From Octopus sinensis (lineage: Eukaryota), in assembly GCF_006345805.1 (NCBI RefSeq), contig NW_021831828.1, forward strand, positions 1 to 64,000: 64,000 nt of DNA, read 5' to 3'. This document shows positions 1 to 13,371 of the stretch, in pieces. The position numbers and the translations under genes were made by a program. The notes under the pieces are model-generated. The model was not told where the DNA came from. It saw only the letters and a program-made list of their open reading frames with translations, and did not search any database. Numbering within the stretch: position 1 is the first letter of the stretch; each line of letters opens with the position of its first letter.

Positions 1-479
1 TGTCTGAAAGGTCAAGGTTTCGTATATAATTTTCCTTGTTTTCGATTAAGTTAGTGGGGAAGCGTTTTAAATTTGTTTTTGATAGATTTAGTTGACCACT
101 AAGAGTTACATTGGGGACGCTTTTGTTGGAAGTGTTTCCCATTAATCTAAAATTTGTTTTAGATTCTTTGTTATTGATTATGCCTTTGCAATATTTCTCC
201 CACCAGGAAGTCATCGATAGAAATTCTATTCAATTATTTTTTAATAATTAAAAATAATGAGATTAGATAAAACCAAAGCTTTGAAAAAGATACATATGTA
301 AACAAAAAAAATTAAAAAAGAATTAAAGTAAATTACTTAAATTTCCAAGAAAAGAGAGAAAATAGAACACCTTAGTTTAATAATATTAATTGTTTTTAGA
401 ACTGTAATTAATCTAATTATGTGGCTAACCTTAATAACAAATATAAATACATTCAATAAAGAGTAATACGTGTCTGCAC

Positions 480-3073
480 ATGCGGTCACTCTTTTTTGTG
501 TCGTCAAGTCTCTTCTTCATTATTCTCGTCTTCGGTGAATAAACTTAATAAATATTTAAATTTATTCAGAAGTAGGATTAGGCAGACAGGAAGAATCCAA
601 GTCGATCGAGAGACCAATCCCTCCTCCATCTACTGGAACAATGAGCGAACCAAGGTTTGATTTCTTCAGGTAATAGTCAAAGTACTAATTACGATCTTGG
701 AAGTCTTGCTGACCTGAGCAAGTCAGGCCAGTCGATGCAGTTTGATGCCCACGTGGAACGAATAATGTATTTGATTATCAATTCACTATATCGCAACAAA
801 GAGGCAAATTTGTGGAAATTAGACATTTAGGTCTTCTTCAGAGAACTAATCTCTAATGCTTCTGATGCCCTGGACAAGATCAGATTTCTCTCTTTGAAAG
901 AACCACAAGTGCTTGAGGGAAACACTGAAATGGCAATTTACATCAAAGTTTTCCCCGCTATAATAATAAAATAGGCCGATCCCGAGGCTGGAACTTTGGA
1001 AATAAGAGACACAGGAATTGGGATGACTAAGGAAGACCTCATAAAACATTTGGGAACCATTGCCGACTCTGGAACTTCAGAGTTTTTCAAAAAATTTGAA
1101 AATTCTGACACTGAGGGCCAAAATGACTTAATTGGAAAATTTGGGGTCGGATTTTACTCTTCTTTCCTCGTTTCTGAGAAAGTGGCGGTCATCTCGAAAC
1201 ACAACGACGACCAACAGTACATTTGGACATCTGACGCCTCCTCATACACCGTGGTCCCCGATCCGAGTGGGAATACTTTGGGACGAGGAACTAAAATTAT
1301 TCTATTCCTCCGTGAGGAAAGTCGTGAGTTCCTTGAAGTCTTCAAATTGGATTCGATGTGTAGAAAGTTCTCTCAATTCTTGTCTTTTCCGATATATTTA
1401 CGCGACAAAAAAAACGTGTACGATTCGGATGAGTCTGAAAACAAGGAACCGAGGACCGAAGAATATTGGAAACATGTCAACACGGTAAAACCTCTTTGGC
1501 AAAGAAAGTTTGTCCCCCACAAATTATTTAAGTCCGAGTGAAGTAGAGGAGAGTGAATACAACGAATTCTACCAGCATTTGACAAAAGATAGCAGCCCTG
1601 TCATGTTCTACAGTCACTTTAAGGCAGAGGGGGATGTCAGCTTTTCGGCAATGATCTTTGTCCCTTCCAAGCTTGTGCTTGAAAACTTGCCAAAGAACAA
1701 TGTTAGAGTTTGTACATTTGGTGGTTGATCTTAAGTTATATGTTCGCCGTGTTTTTATTTCAGACATTTTCAATGATAATGAGTTTATGCCTTCATATTT
1801 GCGTTTTCTTGTCATTTTGATCGATTCTGACGATCTCCCACTCAACGTCTCTCGTGATCAATTGCAGGAGAGCAACTTGCTCAAAATAATCCGAAAGAAA
1901 ATAATCAGAAAATTTATTGAAACTGTTTCCAAACTCCCAGAAGAAAAAAGACAGGAGTTTTGGAAGGAATATGGAATTCAGTAGCTTTTGTTGTTTTTTA
2001 TTTCAGAATTAAAATGGGAATTAATGAAGACACTGGAAACAGAAATCGGCTTGCAAAAATAACTCATTTCTACTCTTCAATCTCGAACGAGACGATGACA
2101 ACCCTGGATGACTATGTGGACAGAATGGATCCGAAACAACCCGCAATTTACTACATTGGCGGAGATTCCCTCCAAACTGTCCAAAAGTCCCCATTCGTGG
2201 AACGACTTATGCGGAGGAATTATGAGATACTATATTTGTTGGATCCCGTGGATGAATATGCAGTGGGGCATCTGACGGAACACAAGGGAAAAAGATTCCA
2301 GAATATTGCTAAAGGAGATATTGAGATATCTGAGTCGGATCAAGTCGCCGAGCGCAGAGCACAGTTGGAAGTCGAGTATAAGGAATTTGGAGACAGAATT
2401 AAGTCAATTCTTAACGTCTTGATTTCCAAAGTGAAATTGTCACACCGATTGGTCAATACGTCGTGTGTGGTTGTGGCCGACACAGACGGACTGACTGGAA
2501 ATATGGAGAGGATAATGACGGCACAGACCGCTCACAGGGCTCAGGATCCAACTGCCAGGTGAGAGACAAGGATTGAGGATTGGTAGATATTATATGCAAA
2601 TGAAAAAGATTTTGGAAATAAATCCATATAGCTCACTTGTCAAGAAGTTGAAGAGTGACTTTGATGTACTTGGTGTTGATAATTTGTAGGTTCATGGTGG
2701 TAATGATACCGAGTGGGTGGACACTCTAAAGTTTTTTTATCAGATCTGCATGATGAGGTCTCAATATACCCCGCGTGATTCGATTGGATTTGCTAATCGT
2801 GCCGAAAAACATTTGAAAAATAGTTTGCAAGTGAATGATGACGATTTTTCCAATGAAGTAGTTTTTAAGTATTTTAGTGTTTTTTAGTTGTTTTTAATTG
2901 ATGACGATATCGAAAATTCAGTAGATGTTACATCGGAGGGGGATACGTCTAATAAGATTTTTGAACCATCAATGGCTGACAGCTTGCCTCAACCAGAGGA
3001 CGCTGACATCACTGCTGATCCTGTTACTGAGGTTTTCTGTATTAATCTGATTTAGGCTAATCAGGAATTATAA
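480..3073 (+). CDS. HSP90B1: Endoplasmin / GRP94 (ER HSP90), 11 micro-introns, ~765 aa
   Basis: Signal peptide [18 protein letters not shown]. Motifs [10 protein letters not shown]|[30 protein letters not shown] and [10 protein letters not shown]-terminus ANQEL*. Removing introns 535-569, 655-676, 804-830 (GC-AG), 948-974, 1508-1532, 1708-1735, 1981-2006, 2559-2586, 2666-2689, 2858-2887 and 3032-3055 gives one open frame. Confidence 0.93.
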
Positions 3074-3221
3074 CGTTTAGTTATTTAATTCTTTGTTCGG
3101 GTGTTTTTTTCTTTGCCTTTTACCTATAATGTGTTAATTCGTTTTAAGAGAAATTAGTTATTAAGGATGCTGATATTATTTTGTTCTATATTTTTAGGAC
3201 TGTATTTTCCCGGTTATTTTA

Positions 3222-4439
3222 TGTCACCGTCCAGATAGGTCGGGGCGCCAGATCGGTTATGTATAAAATTTTTAATAAAAACTACCTTTCGGAAGTTATT
3301 TTCTTTTTCTGGTCATTCTTTTGTTGATTTTAATATTATTTTTGCAAAAATATTGAAGTTACTGAGTTCATAAAAAACCAACATCCAGTCATTTCCAGAT
3401 AATTACCGTATTGATTTTGCATTTTATTTAAAAACGCTTTAACCAAGGTTAGCCAAACAATTTTCAACAATAAAGTTTATTAGAAAAATCCATTTTTAAT
3501 TTTTAAAAATGTTGTAAATTTCTATTTTTATCATTAAAACTCTAAAATACAATCCGGCCTACGGCCGGATGATTAAATGTGAATATTTTTCCCTATGCGG
3601 CCTTCGGCCGCGTCGAATTTGTAACAATGGCACAATTATTTCACAATTAAGTAAATATGGCACGAGAAAAAACACAGAACGAACCCCATGAATATTTGCA
3701 GTTAAAGTTTTTTTACTCTGCTAATATGTATCCTTTGATCTTTTTCATCCTCTTCATTAATTATCGTTACGAGTTCTCGATCCCTATTTTTCACAATATA
3801 TTTTTGTGCAGATATCTCGTCGTATAATGGGTATTTTCTATAACCCGGGTTTGCATCCCCATCATGGCGTATTAAAATTTCATCGCCACTTTAAACTTCA
3901 TCATATTTCCATTTTCTCCGCCTTTTCATTTTTTCTTCCGATTTTACAATATTTTCAAGGGCTTTTTTCTTTTTTTTCACGACCTCAGAATTTGTTAGTT
4001 TTTTATTTGGTTTCTCCAAATCAGTTCCGAACAAGAGATCAAAAGGCCTTTGTTTTGTAGTTTCTTAAGTTCTGTGTCTTCGATACAAAAAAAACGCAAC
4101 TTTGAGCCATTTTTAGAAATGTAGGTGTTGTTCTCCTTGAAACTAAATTTTTTGGCATATCTCCGTATTCATGCCCTTTCTTCCGAACTCAAGGAATCAT
4201 CAGGGTGGCCTGATTCCAAATACTCCCTAATTTTTTCGAGGGTGTCTCGAGTTAATTCAACTAAAACCATTGATTAATGCTAATCTTTTCAACTTTTTAG
4301 AACTTTTTTATTAATAAGATTTTATTTTTTTATTATCAATATTTTTTTGCAATGAAATGTTTTGTAGGAAAAATATTTGTTTTGTATTTAGATAATTGAC
4401 CTGACCGATCTGGCGCCCCGGCCGGTCTGGACGGTGACA
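3222..4439 (-). mobile_element. Ginger-type (Gypsy-integrase) DNA transposon, internally deleted
   Basis: Imperfect ~36-bp TIRs TGTCACCGTCCAGA..GGGGCGCCAGATCGGT; 5-bp TSD TTTTA (3217-3221 and 4440-4444); internal integrase remnant on the minus strand. Confidence 0.85.
3702..4270 (-). pseudogene. GIN1-like integrase remnant (N- and C-terminal parts; H2C2 and DDE core deleted)
   Basis: MVLVELTRDTLEKIREYLESG..ERA*IRRYAKKFSFKE is joined to RPFDLLFG..ALENIVKSEEKMKRR..GDEILIR..HISRVKKL*. Contains stops and a frameshift. Confidence 0.75.
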
Positions 4440-4505
4440 TTTTATGTTTACTAATATTTTATTAATTAAACGATGTTGTTATAGTTGAAATAATTTTTCC
4501 AAAAT

Positions 4506-5051
4506 TTGTTTTTTTTTAAAAACAAAAATAATTTAACTGAATGCGATCGAAACAAAAAATTATGCGATCTAAATAATCAAGCTTCTACACAAGATAAATC
4601 ATCTAAACTAATTCCCGAATTCCAATCAATTTATCAAACATTTGATTATGAAGATATTAACAACTTTTTGCAACATTTATTAAATATAGGAAAAGATTTG
4701 ATTCTCCTATTCCAAGATATTTTTAAATTAGAAATTCCATCTTGGATGATTAATCCTTTTTTGTCGAAGCCAGAAGAAGAAAAAGGAAATATTCAAGAGG
4801 AATTAATTACTTTAAAATTCAATCCAGACTTAAAACTATACTATGAAAATTCAAAAACGTCAGTTATTTTTTGGCAAAATATCAAAGTGAAAGAGACTTA
4901 TCCAAAATTGTGCAACGAAAAGCACGATTGCTACTCTATTTTCCGACATCATACTGTGTTGTATATAAAATTTTTAAGGGGGTCGATTAAATATTAGGGG
5001 GGTCAAAAAAATCAGGGGGTTGACAAGTAAAAAAAAGGTTGAGAACCCCTG
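4506..5051 (+). mobile_element. hAT (Buster/Charlie, ZBED5/8-like) transposase 3' remnant with right TIR
   Basis: FQDIFKLEIPSWMINPF..IQEELITLK..FW..YPKL; terminus AGGTTGAGAACCCCTG followed by ATTTAAAG (nnnTAnnn-type target). Confidence 0.75.
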
Positions 5052-5874
5052 ATTTAAAGCATCAAACAAATGACTCGACCGGTTCAAGAAAAGGCACGAG
5101 TTATAAAATTCTACTAAGAATTATACTTATACCATTGAACGCTTACATAGTATATAGTCTATTTGATTATAATTCAGTCCTGAGTTTCTTTATTTTCTCT
5201 ATAGAAGTGCACTAAAAAGAGCCACGACCATCTTCGAAGCTCTTGACTGTGTTTGCCGAGAATTACTTATCGTGGTCTTGTAGAATTTTCTGGCTGAGGA
5301 TGATACGGGTACTGTTCATACTTCAAAGACGCCGTTAAATTTACGCTAATCTTTGAAATAGTCAGACATTGAATCATATTCTCTTCCTTTGAATTTTCAT
5401 GCTGGAAAATTAAACAATTATATCTCGTTGCAATATTCATTTGATAGACAAAACGGCCTCGGTGTCTGCTTCCTTTATCAGATTTTAATTTTGAAAAATA
5501 CTTAAACACTTATAAAAGGATTAAAACAATTATTAACACGATAGAACACTGATTGACAGCGAGTTTAGAAAAATTTACATAGCATTAATCATTTATTTAA
5601 GTTTTTTATTCTTGCGTCGCACGACCTGTGAGGAATAGGTTAAATCCGTTTTTTCCCATGTGTCGAAAAGAGCTTCCAGGATACCCAGGAATGGGTGGCC
5701 TACCCTGCTTCAGTGCATCGATCGACGCCTTAGCTTGAACCTATCAATGAATTCACTGAAGAAGCTGAACAAAATCCCTCCTCCTGGCTCGCAGGGGAGG
5801 ACTCGCGCTGTGGTTAAGCCGTCAGGATACCCTCCGTGTTCCGAAAAACACGAGCATTAGGATAGCGAGTCATC

Positions 5875-6560
5875 GCCTTGACAACCCGCAAATTGACATA
5901 TCGTCGTCATCAACGTGGCTGAAATATGGGAATGACTCTCCCCGATCAGACAGGTTATTCTCACAACGGAAACAGTGTAATAACTGTAAAAGTAAGGCAA
6001 TGACCATTGACCATTTAGCCACGAAGTGCGGAGTATGCTTTACTATAATTACACATGGAGACATAACGAGATGGTGAAGTCCCTTCGTCTTTTGCTCTGC
6101 AATAAGTGAGTCTTGGGACGGTCCAGAAAGTTGCAAAACCATCGAGTTCAATCGTTGTGTGAGAACTCAAAGGTGTGCATTAAAGTGGATACCCCCATAC
6201 GCACCTCGATTGTTGTCCAGCACAAACCGGATATTGTGGTCCACAATAAGGTCACCGGGGAGATTGTTATTGTGGATGTGGACATCACGTGCCTAGACAG
6301 TTTGCAGTTTGCAGAAAGTGTAAGTGGAAATAGGAGGAAGTATGATTTCCTTGCAAACGAGCAAGGGATAATGCATCAGTTCAAAGTCAATGTCATTCCG
6401 TGTGTGATGCCATGGGATGGACTGGTCACCAAATACCACAAGAGGTACTTAAGACTGCTGGGTGTAGACAAGTCTCTACAGGGTAATATGCAGTCAACTG
6501 TTCTTGAGAGGACTCTGGAGAGTGTCTCGTTTGATCCTTCCCTGACATTTACTCAGCACT
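5875..6560 (+). mobile_element. R4/Dong-like non-LTR retrotransposon 3' fragment (CCHC knuckle + RLE nuclease), decayed
   Basis: STWLKYGNDSPRS..CNNCKSKAMTIDHLATKC..RHNE..KVDTPIRT..HKPDIVV..KYDFLANE..VIPCVMPWDGLVTKYHK. Confidence 0.8.
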
Positions 6561-7689
6561 TTCTCAAAGGTCTACAGTGCCAGAGAAGAAAAGGTGCGTG
6601 GAGTGCCATTCTCTGTTCACTTCTAAGGCTCTGCACTTAGGCAATTAATTAGTTTTTTTATCCATAAAGTTTAGTTTACCTGACCATGAATCCATGGTGT
6701 TTTAGGGCTTCCGCATATGTGTATGATTTTTAAGTAATTACACATTGTTTCCATACATTTATTCTTAAATTCTTTTACATTATCCTTCTGTAGAATTAAC
6801 GGTTCTGATAATTTTCTGTATCTTTTTTTAGATTTCTCCAAAATTATTTATTTTTTAAATAACGTTGAGGGGCTATTACCCAACCCGGAGTATTATCCAA
6901 CCCGTGACATAATATGATTAGAAAATGTTTTTGGGATGTGAGAGAATGTGAAAAAATATTTATGGGTACGAGCTCTCAAAAGGTTTGGAAGCCCTGCTAT
7001 AAACAATAATTCCATTAGTCTCGTGCATGTATGATTTTTGAGGTTATTTTGTAGGTTATGGTTCAAGAACTTAATTTTCCCGAATTATTAATCTGAAGAT
7101 CTTTTAACTTTTCTGGGTTTAAAACCGTAGATTGTTAAAAGTTTTTTTACTTTGATAGTTTTAAAACCATTAAAAAAGCCACAACAAAACCATAATTTAG
7201 TGCAATTCACAAAGAATTTATTCTCAAATTATTATACTATGATGCAGTGCCACAGTCTATCATAACTATAAATATAAGAGACATTTGCGATTCATAACGA
7301 GCTTGCTATAGAAAAATGAAAGTAAGTTTCATATTTTGTCAATTTTATCGTTAAATTAAATTTATTTCATTTTAAAGATAAATCAATTTTTGTCGGATTT
7401 AAACAAAAATATGCAGATAATAAGAAAAGAAACCTCCGAAAATACCTTAATTTTTCTCATCATTTTTACATATAAAAATCAGCAAAGTCTATTAAATTAC
7501 AAAATTTACATTACACGAATTTTAGATTGGGTGATAAGTTTCTGGATAAACACTACCATCCAACACCGAGGATCTGAGTTTTGCAGTATTAGGATTAAGA
7601 ATTTGTGATCGACCGAGTCAAAATGTTTTTTAACATCAATCTACATAGAAAAGAACTTATTCTCATTTTTTTAGTTTATAAACTAATTG

Positions 7690-8499
7690 CAGATGACGTC
7701 GACTTCGTGTCAGACGACAAATCGGCCTTACTTCGACTCCTTGAAGTGGCACCTGCTGAGCTGAACAGATGGTTCCTTAAAATGAACGTTGGAAAAACCG
7801 ACATCGTTGAAATCATGAGGATGGAGAGCAGCTCAAGTGAAGCCTGGCGCAAAACGAACAAACTCGGTTCTCTACTTGGGGACGGCCATGATATTGTCAG
7901 AAGAAAGGCTCTCGCTTGGGCCACGATGAACAAGATAAAGAAAGAGTGGATCGGCAAACGACGACTCTGTACGTCACTTCGTCTGAGGATGTATGAAGCC
8001 TTTGTCAAACCAATCCTGACATATAATTCGGCGACCTGGGGAATGTCTAGTACTGAACAACGTGGACTCGATTCTTTTCACCGCAGGCAACTTAGATCCC
8101 TACGGATTGAACTGGCCTATAAGAATCAACCAGGAATCGCTATACAATAGATGCAGAACTGGCCCTCTGAGTGTGGAAATCGTCAATATGCGGTGGAGGT
8201 TATTGGCCATATTCTACGAATGGACATGCTTGCCCCAGCTAACATAGCAATGGAGGGCTACTTCCTGAAAGAGGGATCGAGCTTCCGTGGACGTCCACGT
8301 GTTACGCTGCGGAAACACTTGACGGAGACCTGAAATGTGTGAAGAAAAGGCTAAGGAGTGGTGAGGATCTGGACGAGCTGAGGAAACTCGCTCACGACAG
8401 AGGAGGTTGGAGGAGGCTGGTTCAAAGGATTGTTTTTAATGCTGCACGAGTAAAATTATAACTAATATGATTCTACGTATGTTGCAAATAATAATAATA
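7690..8499 (+). mobile_element. 5'-truncated RTE-like LINE
   Basis: Begins at the RT ADD motif; LGSLLG..IVRRKALA..VKPILTYNSATW..LDSFHRRQLR..GHILR..RGRPR; (TAA)n tail; 12-bp TSD ATAAACTAATTG (7678-7689 and 8500-8511). Confidence 0.88.
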
Positions 8500-8774
8500 A
8501 TAAACTAATTGACGATTGTCTTTTTCTGGCTTTTTGACACACTCTTCGCGTTCCAAGCTAGTATTTATTTGATATACTTGTGGTTAAGATTTTTATTAAA
8601 AATGGTTATTAAAATATATACTTTATTAAAATATATAATTTTTGTTGTTTTTATAAAAATAAAAATGTTATATGACCTATTTTAGTTTAAAAATAATAAA
8701 ATAACCAAATTAAACGACTTTGTGATTTAATTTTGGTTTTGTTACGAAACGTACATTATTAAATAGATCTTAAA

Positions 8775-10070
8775 ATGGGGGAAATATATGACCTAAACAT
8801 ACCTTCAGTATCTTGTTTTGCCTTAAACAACAACAGCACAAGTATAGATAACTTTAATTCCCTTTATCCGCTTAATATTCATTAATTAATTCCAGCTCTT
8901 GTTGCTTCCCCTTCAAACAAGGAAATCCGTGTTTACAAACTTACTGGCAAAAAGTGGGAGTACTCCGAGACCTTAGGACAACACACTCAAACTGTCACCC
9001 GACTGAGTTGGTATCCCAACCAAGACAAGTTTCTGTCTTGTTCCTCGGTAAATACATCTCCATCAACGTTAGGACAGGAACGCCTTCGTCTGGTCGTTAG
9101 AGAATGGCAAGTGGACTCCTCAGTTGGTTGTCCTTGGAATCAAGTTCAGTGCCTGCTGTGGGTCGGTCTCCCCTAAAGGTGTCTTTATTTGCTGCTTAGT
9201 ACTTTAATAGGACAGAAATTGGAGTTGGTTGCAGTGACAAACTCGTTTCCGTGTGTTTCTACCGAAAGTCTGACAACTGGTATACAGGAAGGAGGATAAA
9301 GAAGCCCATTCTGTCGACAATTACCTGGTTGTGTGTCATTGGTCACATTAGCATTGACTGGCACCCAGATGAGGTCATGTTGGCTTGTGGATCAACTGAT
9401 TCTCGAGTCAGGTAATGTATAACGTTCTGGGATATTCCAGAGTGTTTTCAACGTACACCAAAGATCTCGATCCATCCTCTTCGGAAAGCGAATGTGGGAA
9501 GTTTGGCGACATGTACTTGGAGACGAGGAGTTGCTACAGCGGATTCGTCAATGATGTAAAATTCTCCCCTTCTGGGAAATACTTGGCATTTGCTGCCCAC
9601 GATGCCACTCTCAATGTGGTCGAAATGTCCTCTAAGAACATGTATTGTACCATGTGAGTCCTCAGAGTAGCAGTTCTCGATTTGACTAGTCTTCCTCTCA
9701 AGTGCATCATCTGGACTAGTGAGACCAGTCTTATTGGCGGAGTTTGTCTCTTGTGGTTATTTGCTAGGGATTCGACTTTATTCCATTTCAGTACGAGTTC
9801 AAGAAAAACCATTTGAGCAAAGTGAAGGACATGGACAAGCCCAAGGCAGTCCAGGCTTCGGGGCAGTCTGCAATGAGCAAATTTAAGAACCTGGACAGGA
9901 CAGCTCAAGAGGACGACGTAGTGACTGCCAACACTGTGCATGCCAATACCATAATGTGCTTAGTTTAAGTTAGTTTTAGAGATATCAAACCATTCGCGAG
10001 GTCTGGTAATAGTGTCAGTAAAGTAGCTTCAATGTCTATTGAAGGACGGTTTGCAGTCTGGGCTATCTAA
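8775..10070 (+). CDS. ARPC1: Arp2/3 complex subunit 1 (WD40), multi-exon
   Basis: DRNAFVW..KWTPQLV, KKPILSTIT..DWHP..LACGSTD.R|VFSTYTK, FSPSGKYLAFAAHD, SAMSKFKNLDR, HANTI. Micro-introns present. One probable 1-nt indel near 9210. Confidence 0.9.
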
Positions 10071-10329
10071 TCCATTCTTTAATTCTAAGGAGATTCCTTT
10101 GGAATAACATTTATGAGTTGAATGATGGCTAATAAATTATTTTCCTTGTTTCGTTTTTAAATTTTTTCGTTTACTTATTCTTCATTTGAAATTGGGAAAA
10201 TTGTGGAAATAAACCAATTTTATTTATTTCGAAAAATTGTTTTTTAATTTTCTTTCTTGTCTCAATAAAATTCAACTTTGGACACTGCTTCCCATTCCAA
10301 TTAATTGTTTATTGCAGACTGGCTACGCA

Positions 10330-11340
10330 TGCCGTAAAAACCTTCCGGCACTGCGCTTGCAAGAAAATGGGTGGAAATCGTATCGGTCGACCGTTTTGTC
10401 CCACATACAACGAGCCTGGCATATTTCTAAGTCGAGCCTAGACTTGTTTTCCAGCAAAAGTCCGGCAGAGGACAAAAGTAACACCTTTAGCTAGTCACCG
10501 GAATGCGGTTTACAGGCTGCATTCAGGCGTGCGAGCTGGCGTTGATCATTTTGGGTTCAAAGGTTTTTCAGAAGTTTTTAACTTCAGTTTCTCGAGACGC
10601 ATTGATCTACAAAAACGCAAGTCCGGAAGAAGACCAGACATTGGCAGCCCTCGCTTAGCACCTAGACTGTTTAGGATAAGGGAAGGGGCCATGAATGAAA
10701 GGTAGAAAGCAAAAGCGAGGTTAAAGCAATTGCGAAAACCAATCCTTTCGTGCTGGATTTCAATGTTCGCTCCTGAAATAAGCTTTAAATCAACAGGGGT
10801 GTTTAAAATTGTTTCAGCGTGCGAATACGAAGGTATCAAGAACCGATAGCTGTTTTTAGGACAAAAGGAGGGAAACGACTGGAGAGAAAAAATAGGTGTA
10901 AAATGGACAGAAAATTCTTTAGAAAAAACGACGACACTGGAAAGAAGGCAAATTGCGACTACCAGACTCGGACATGATGACGCAATTATCCATGTAATTT
11001 TAAAAAAAACCAATTTTCAAAAAAGCATCAAATTGTTGACGTGGACCACTTGACAAAACTGTTGATTAAAGGGTGGCGAAGATAAGGTTCCGACGATGTT
11101 CACGCATGATACGGCATGCGTAGCTTGTACGAAATGTCTCTCTTCTATTTCCAGGGAGAACGGGTTCAGATGCCCGATATGTCAGCAATATTTCCACCTC
11201 AGCTGCCTCAAAATTTCGAAAAATGTTTCAATAAAGATTCCCAACCTGCTTTGCCTTTCATGTTTTTTGCTTCGGATTCTTTACGGAGCACTCCTTTCCA
11301 TTCGTTTCTTTCACACGAGTATATATGAAAGTTAAACCGA
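10330..11340 (+). mobile_element. Decayed 5' part of a CR1/L2-like LINE (PHD-finger ORFs)
   Basis: Clear PHD finger CVAC..CPICQQYFHLSC..CLSC at 11096-11270 and a degenerate PHD near 10350-10510. Intronless and frameshifted. Confidence 0.45.
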
Positions 11341-11589
11341 AACGTCCTTTCCGAGGTCCCTGAGACAGCAAGGACTTTTCCAACTGGCTCTATTGATCAG
11401 CCTTAATCTTAATTTTGACAATTGAGGAATCATATAGAGACTGTGAAAAGACGGCAAGATTCGAACAATGCAGACAATGAAACAAACAATTTCAGAATAG
11501 GAAATAATCACAAAAAGAAAACAATTTCTAATGCTAAGCACCAAGTGATAAATAAAACAAGTTAGATGCTAGCTCGAGTTAATGGATGA

Positions 11590-12150
11590 AAGAGTAGTCA
11601 AGATCCTAAGGGTCGACTCAACAACGCTGCATTGCGTATTCAATGGCAGTTTATACGGAGCACTGAGACGAGCTAAAAGAGCCAGCTTGTCCTCCTCTGG
11701 TCGTTTGTTTTTTAGGAGATTCTTCTACCAATGCCAGTGAGGAGTTGAGTTGCGGTCTTAGCGACGATTCCTGAAATTTAGAAGGGAAGGGGGGCAAACT
11801 CAAAAGAGTCTGGAATACACAGGTATTTCGTTCTCGAATTTTTCGGTCTGAGGACTGGCGGAGCCCGATTGCTGCAAGTATTAGTGACATTGTCGCCAAA
11901 AAAGAGTCGACAGAGATGGCGTCCTAAACCAGGGACTTGCCTTCCCTAAAAGGAAAGGTCGTCATCTCTTCGAGATGCTTAATGTCGCTCCGGAAAAGGT
12001 CGACTGGCTTTAAACTGGAAGGGAAATCCTCCGACTGGAGCCCTCCTGAAAACGTCATTAAGTTGAATGTGGCGAGGAATTATACCGGCACTCTTCTTAC
12101 ACGACAAGGCGTGCAAGCCGTTCGACGAAACTATGAACTCGCAGATTTTA
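11590..12150 (-). mobile_element. CRE-clade retrotransposon 3' fragment
   Basis: HALSCKKSAGIIPRHIQLND..MTTFPFREGKSL..DAISVDSF, same motif series as the other CRE copies in the window. Confidence 0.78.
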
Positions 12151-12186
12151 AAGCTTAAAATCAATAACATTTAAACACTAAATTTC

Positions 12187-13371
12187 TCAAGATGAAATAT
12201 TAAAAGTATCTTGAAATATTATAAATAAAAAATCAAATTTAGGATTCCAGATTTTGAATTTCGTCACAAAAAAACTCTGAATCCCTGACTGAATTGAAGC
12301 ATTCAAAAAAATTTTCCGGGAAGCATAAATCCCTCTAAACAGTATCTCACCCCAACAAATACCTCCAACGATCCACCAGGAAGTACATTGAAAGATATAA
12401 ATTGATTCGAAGTTGTAATTACCATCAAACAACGTCCCTTAAATATGACTATATCAGCAATCTTGTCCTCCAAATTATACTCCGCAGACACCTCCAATCG
12501 ATCCATATCGAGAGAAACACTCACCAGTTTATTGTCGCTACTCTATGATTATAAATCTACAAACTGAGAAAGTATTAGCAAAGAACACTCGTCACACCAC
12601 ACAAGGCACTGAATCCCCCGATCTAAAACACAGGAGTGCAGAGGAAGGCCAGAGTCGACGTCCCAGAGAAATATTTTATTGTCCTGTCAATATTTTGTAA
12701 CCAATTTGACTAACTTGACCAACTGAGATTAATCGATTAAAGTGAGAGGTGACAGATATGAGGGCCTTTAAGGCACTGTCTGGAGAATTTGAGTCCGTCA
12801 AATGACCAAGACATATAGAATTAATGACAAATGAGTTCGGAGGTCTCAGTGATATCCTAATTTTACCATTGCGGTCTCCAGTAGCAATTAGGTGAGGCCC
12901 CACATCACACTATTCTCAAAAATATACAAAATATACCAAAACAGTGACGCTGGAAATATGACTGCAAACAAACAAAAGTTCTTTTCCATTTATTTGACCC
13001 TGGAAGACATTTCCTCTTTTATCGGCAATTAAAAGTGTGCCGGCATCGTCGATGAAAGAAAAGACTGAAATCCTTTTATTCAAATTACTAATTAATTAAG
13101 TAATGTCAATACAAGGATTGGACGTGTATTTTTTGTTGTAGATCATATATATTTAACTTTGTAGGATTTACTAAGTCTAATTGAGCAAAATATGTTCCAC
13201 ATTTTGAAAGGGAATTAAGAACATTATTATTTGGACTGATATTTAGTTTGATAGTAGTGACGTGATCGTTACTTTGTAGTTTAAAATAAAAGTATACTCA
13301 AAATTCCAGCATAGCAATTTAATTGGAGAATAAATGATCAAATTATTTTTACTGCAAAATAATGATTTCAT
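12187..13371 (-). CDS. WDR4: tRNA m7G methyltransferase WD40 subunit (Trm82/WDR4); ends approximate
   Basis: SKCGTYFAQLD, LLIADKRGNVF, SHISSV, LIATGDRNGKIRIS..FVINSICLGH; micro-introns. Confidence 0.72.

Noticed and set aside
5267-5509. Integrase remnant suggested by YHPQ
   Set aside because: A single short motif with no other integrase residues.
6867-7000. Short direct repeat (TATTA(C/T)CCAACCCG x2) and a hAT-like end AGGTTTGGAAGCCCTG
   Set aside because: No partner TIR or TSD; too fragmentary to define an element.
9170-9215. Non-canonical splice or pseudogenisation of ARPC1
   Set aside because: One missing G at the acceptor (AG|GG ACA), or use of a nearby AG, restores the frame; the rest of the gene is conserved.
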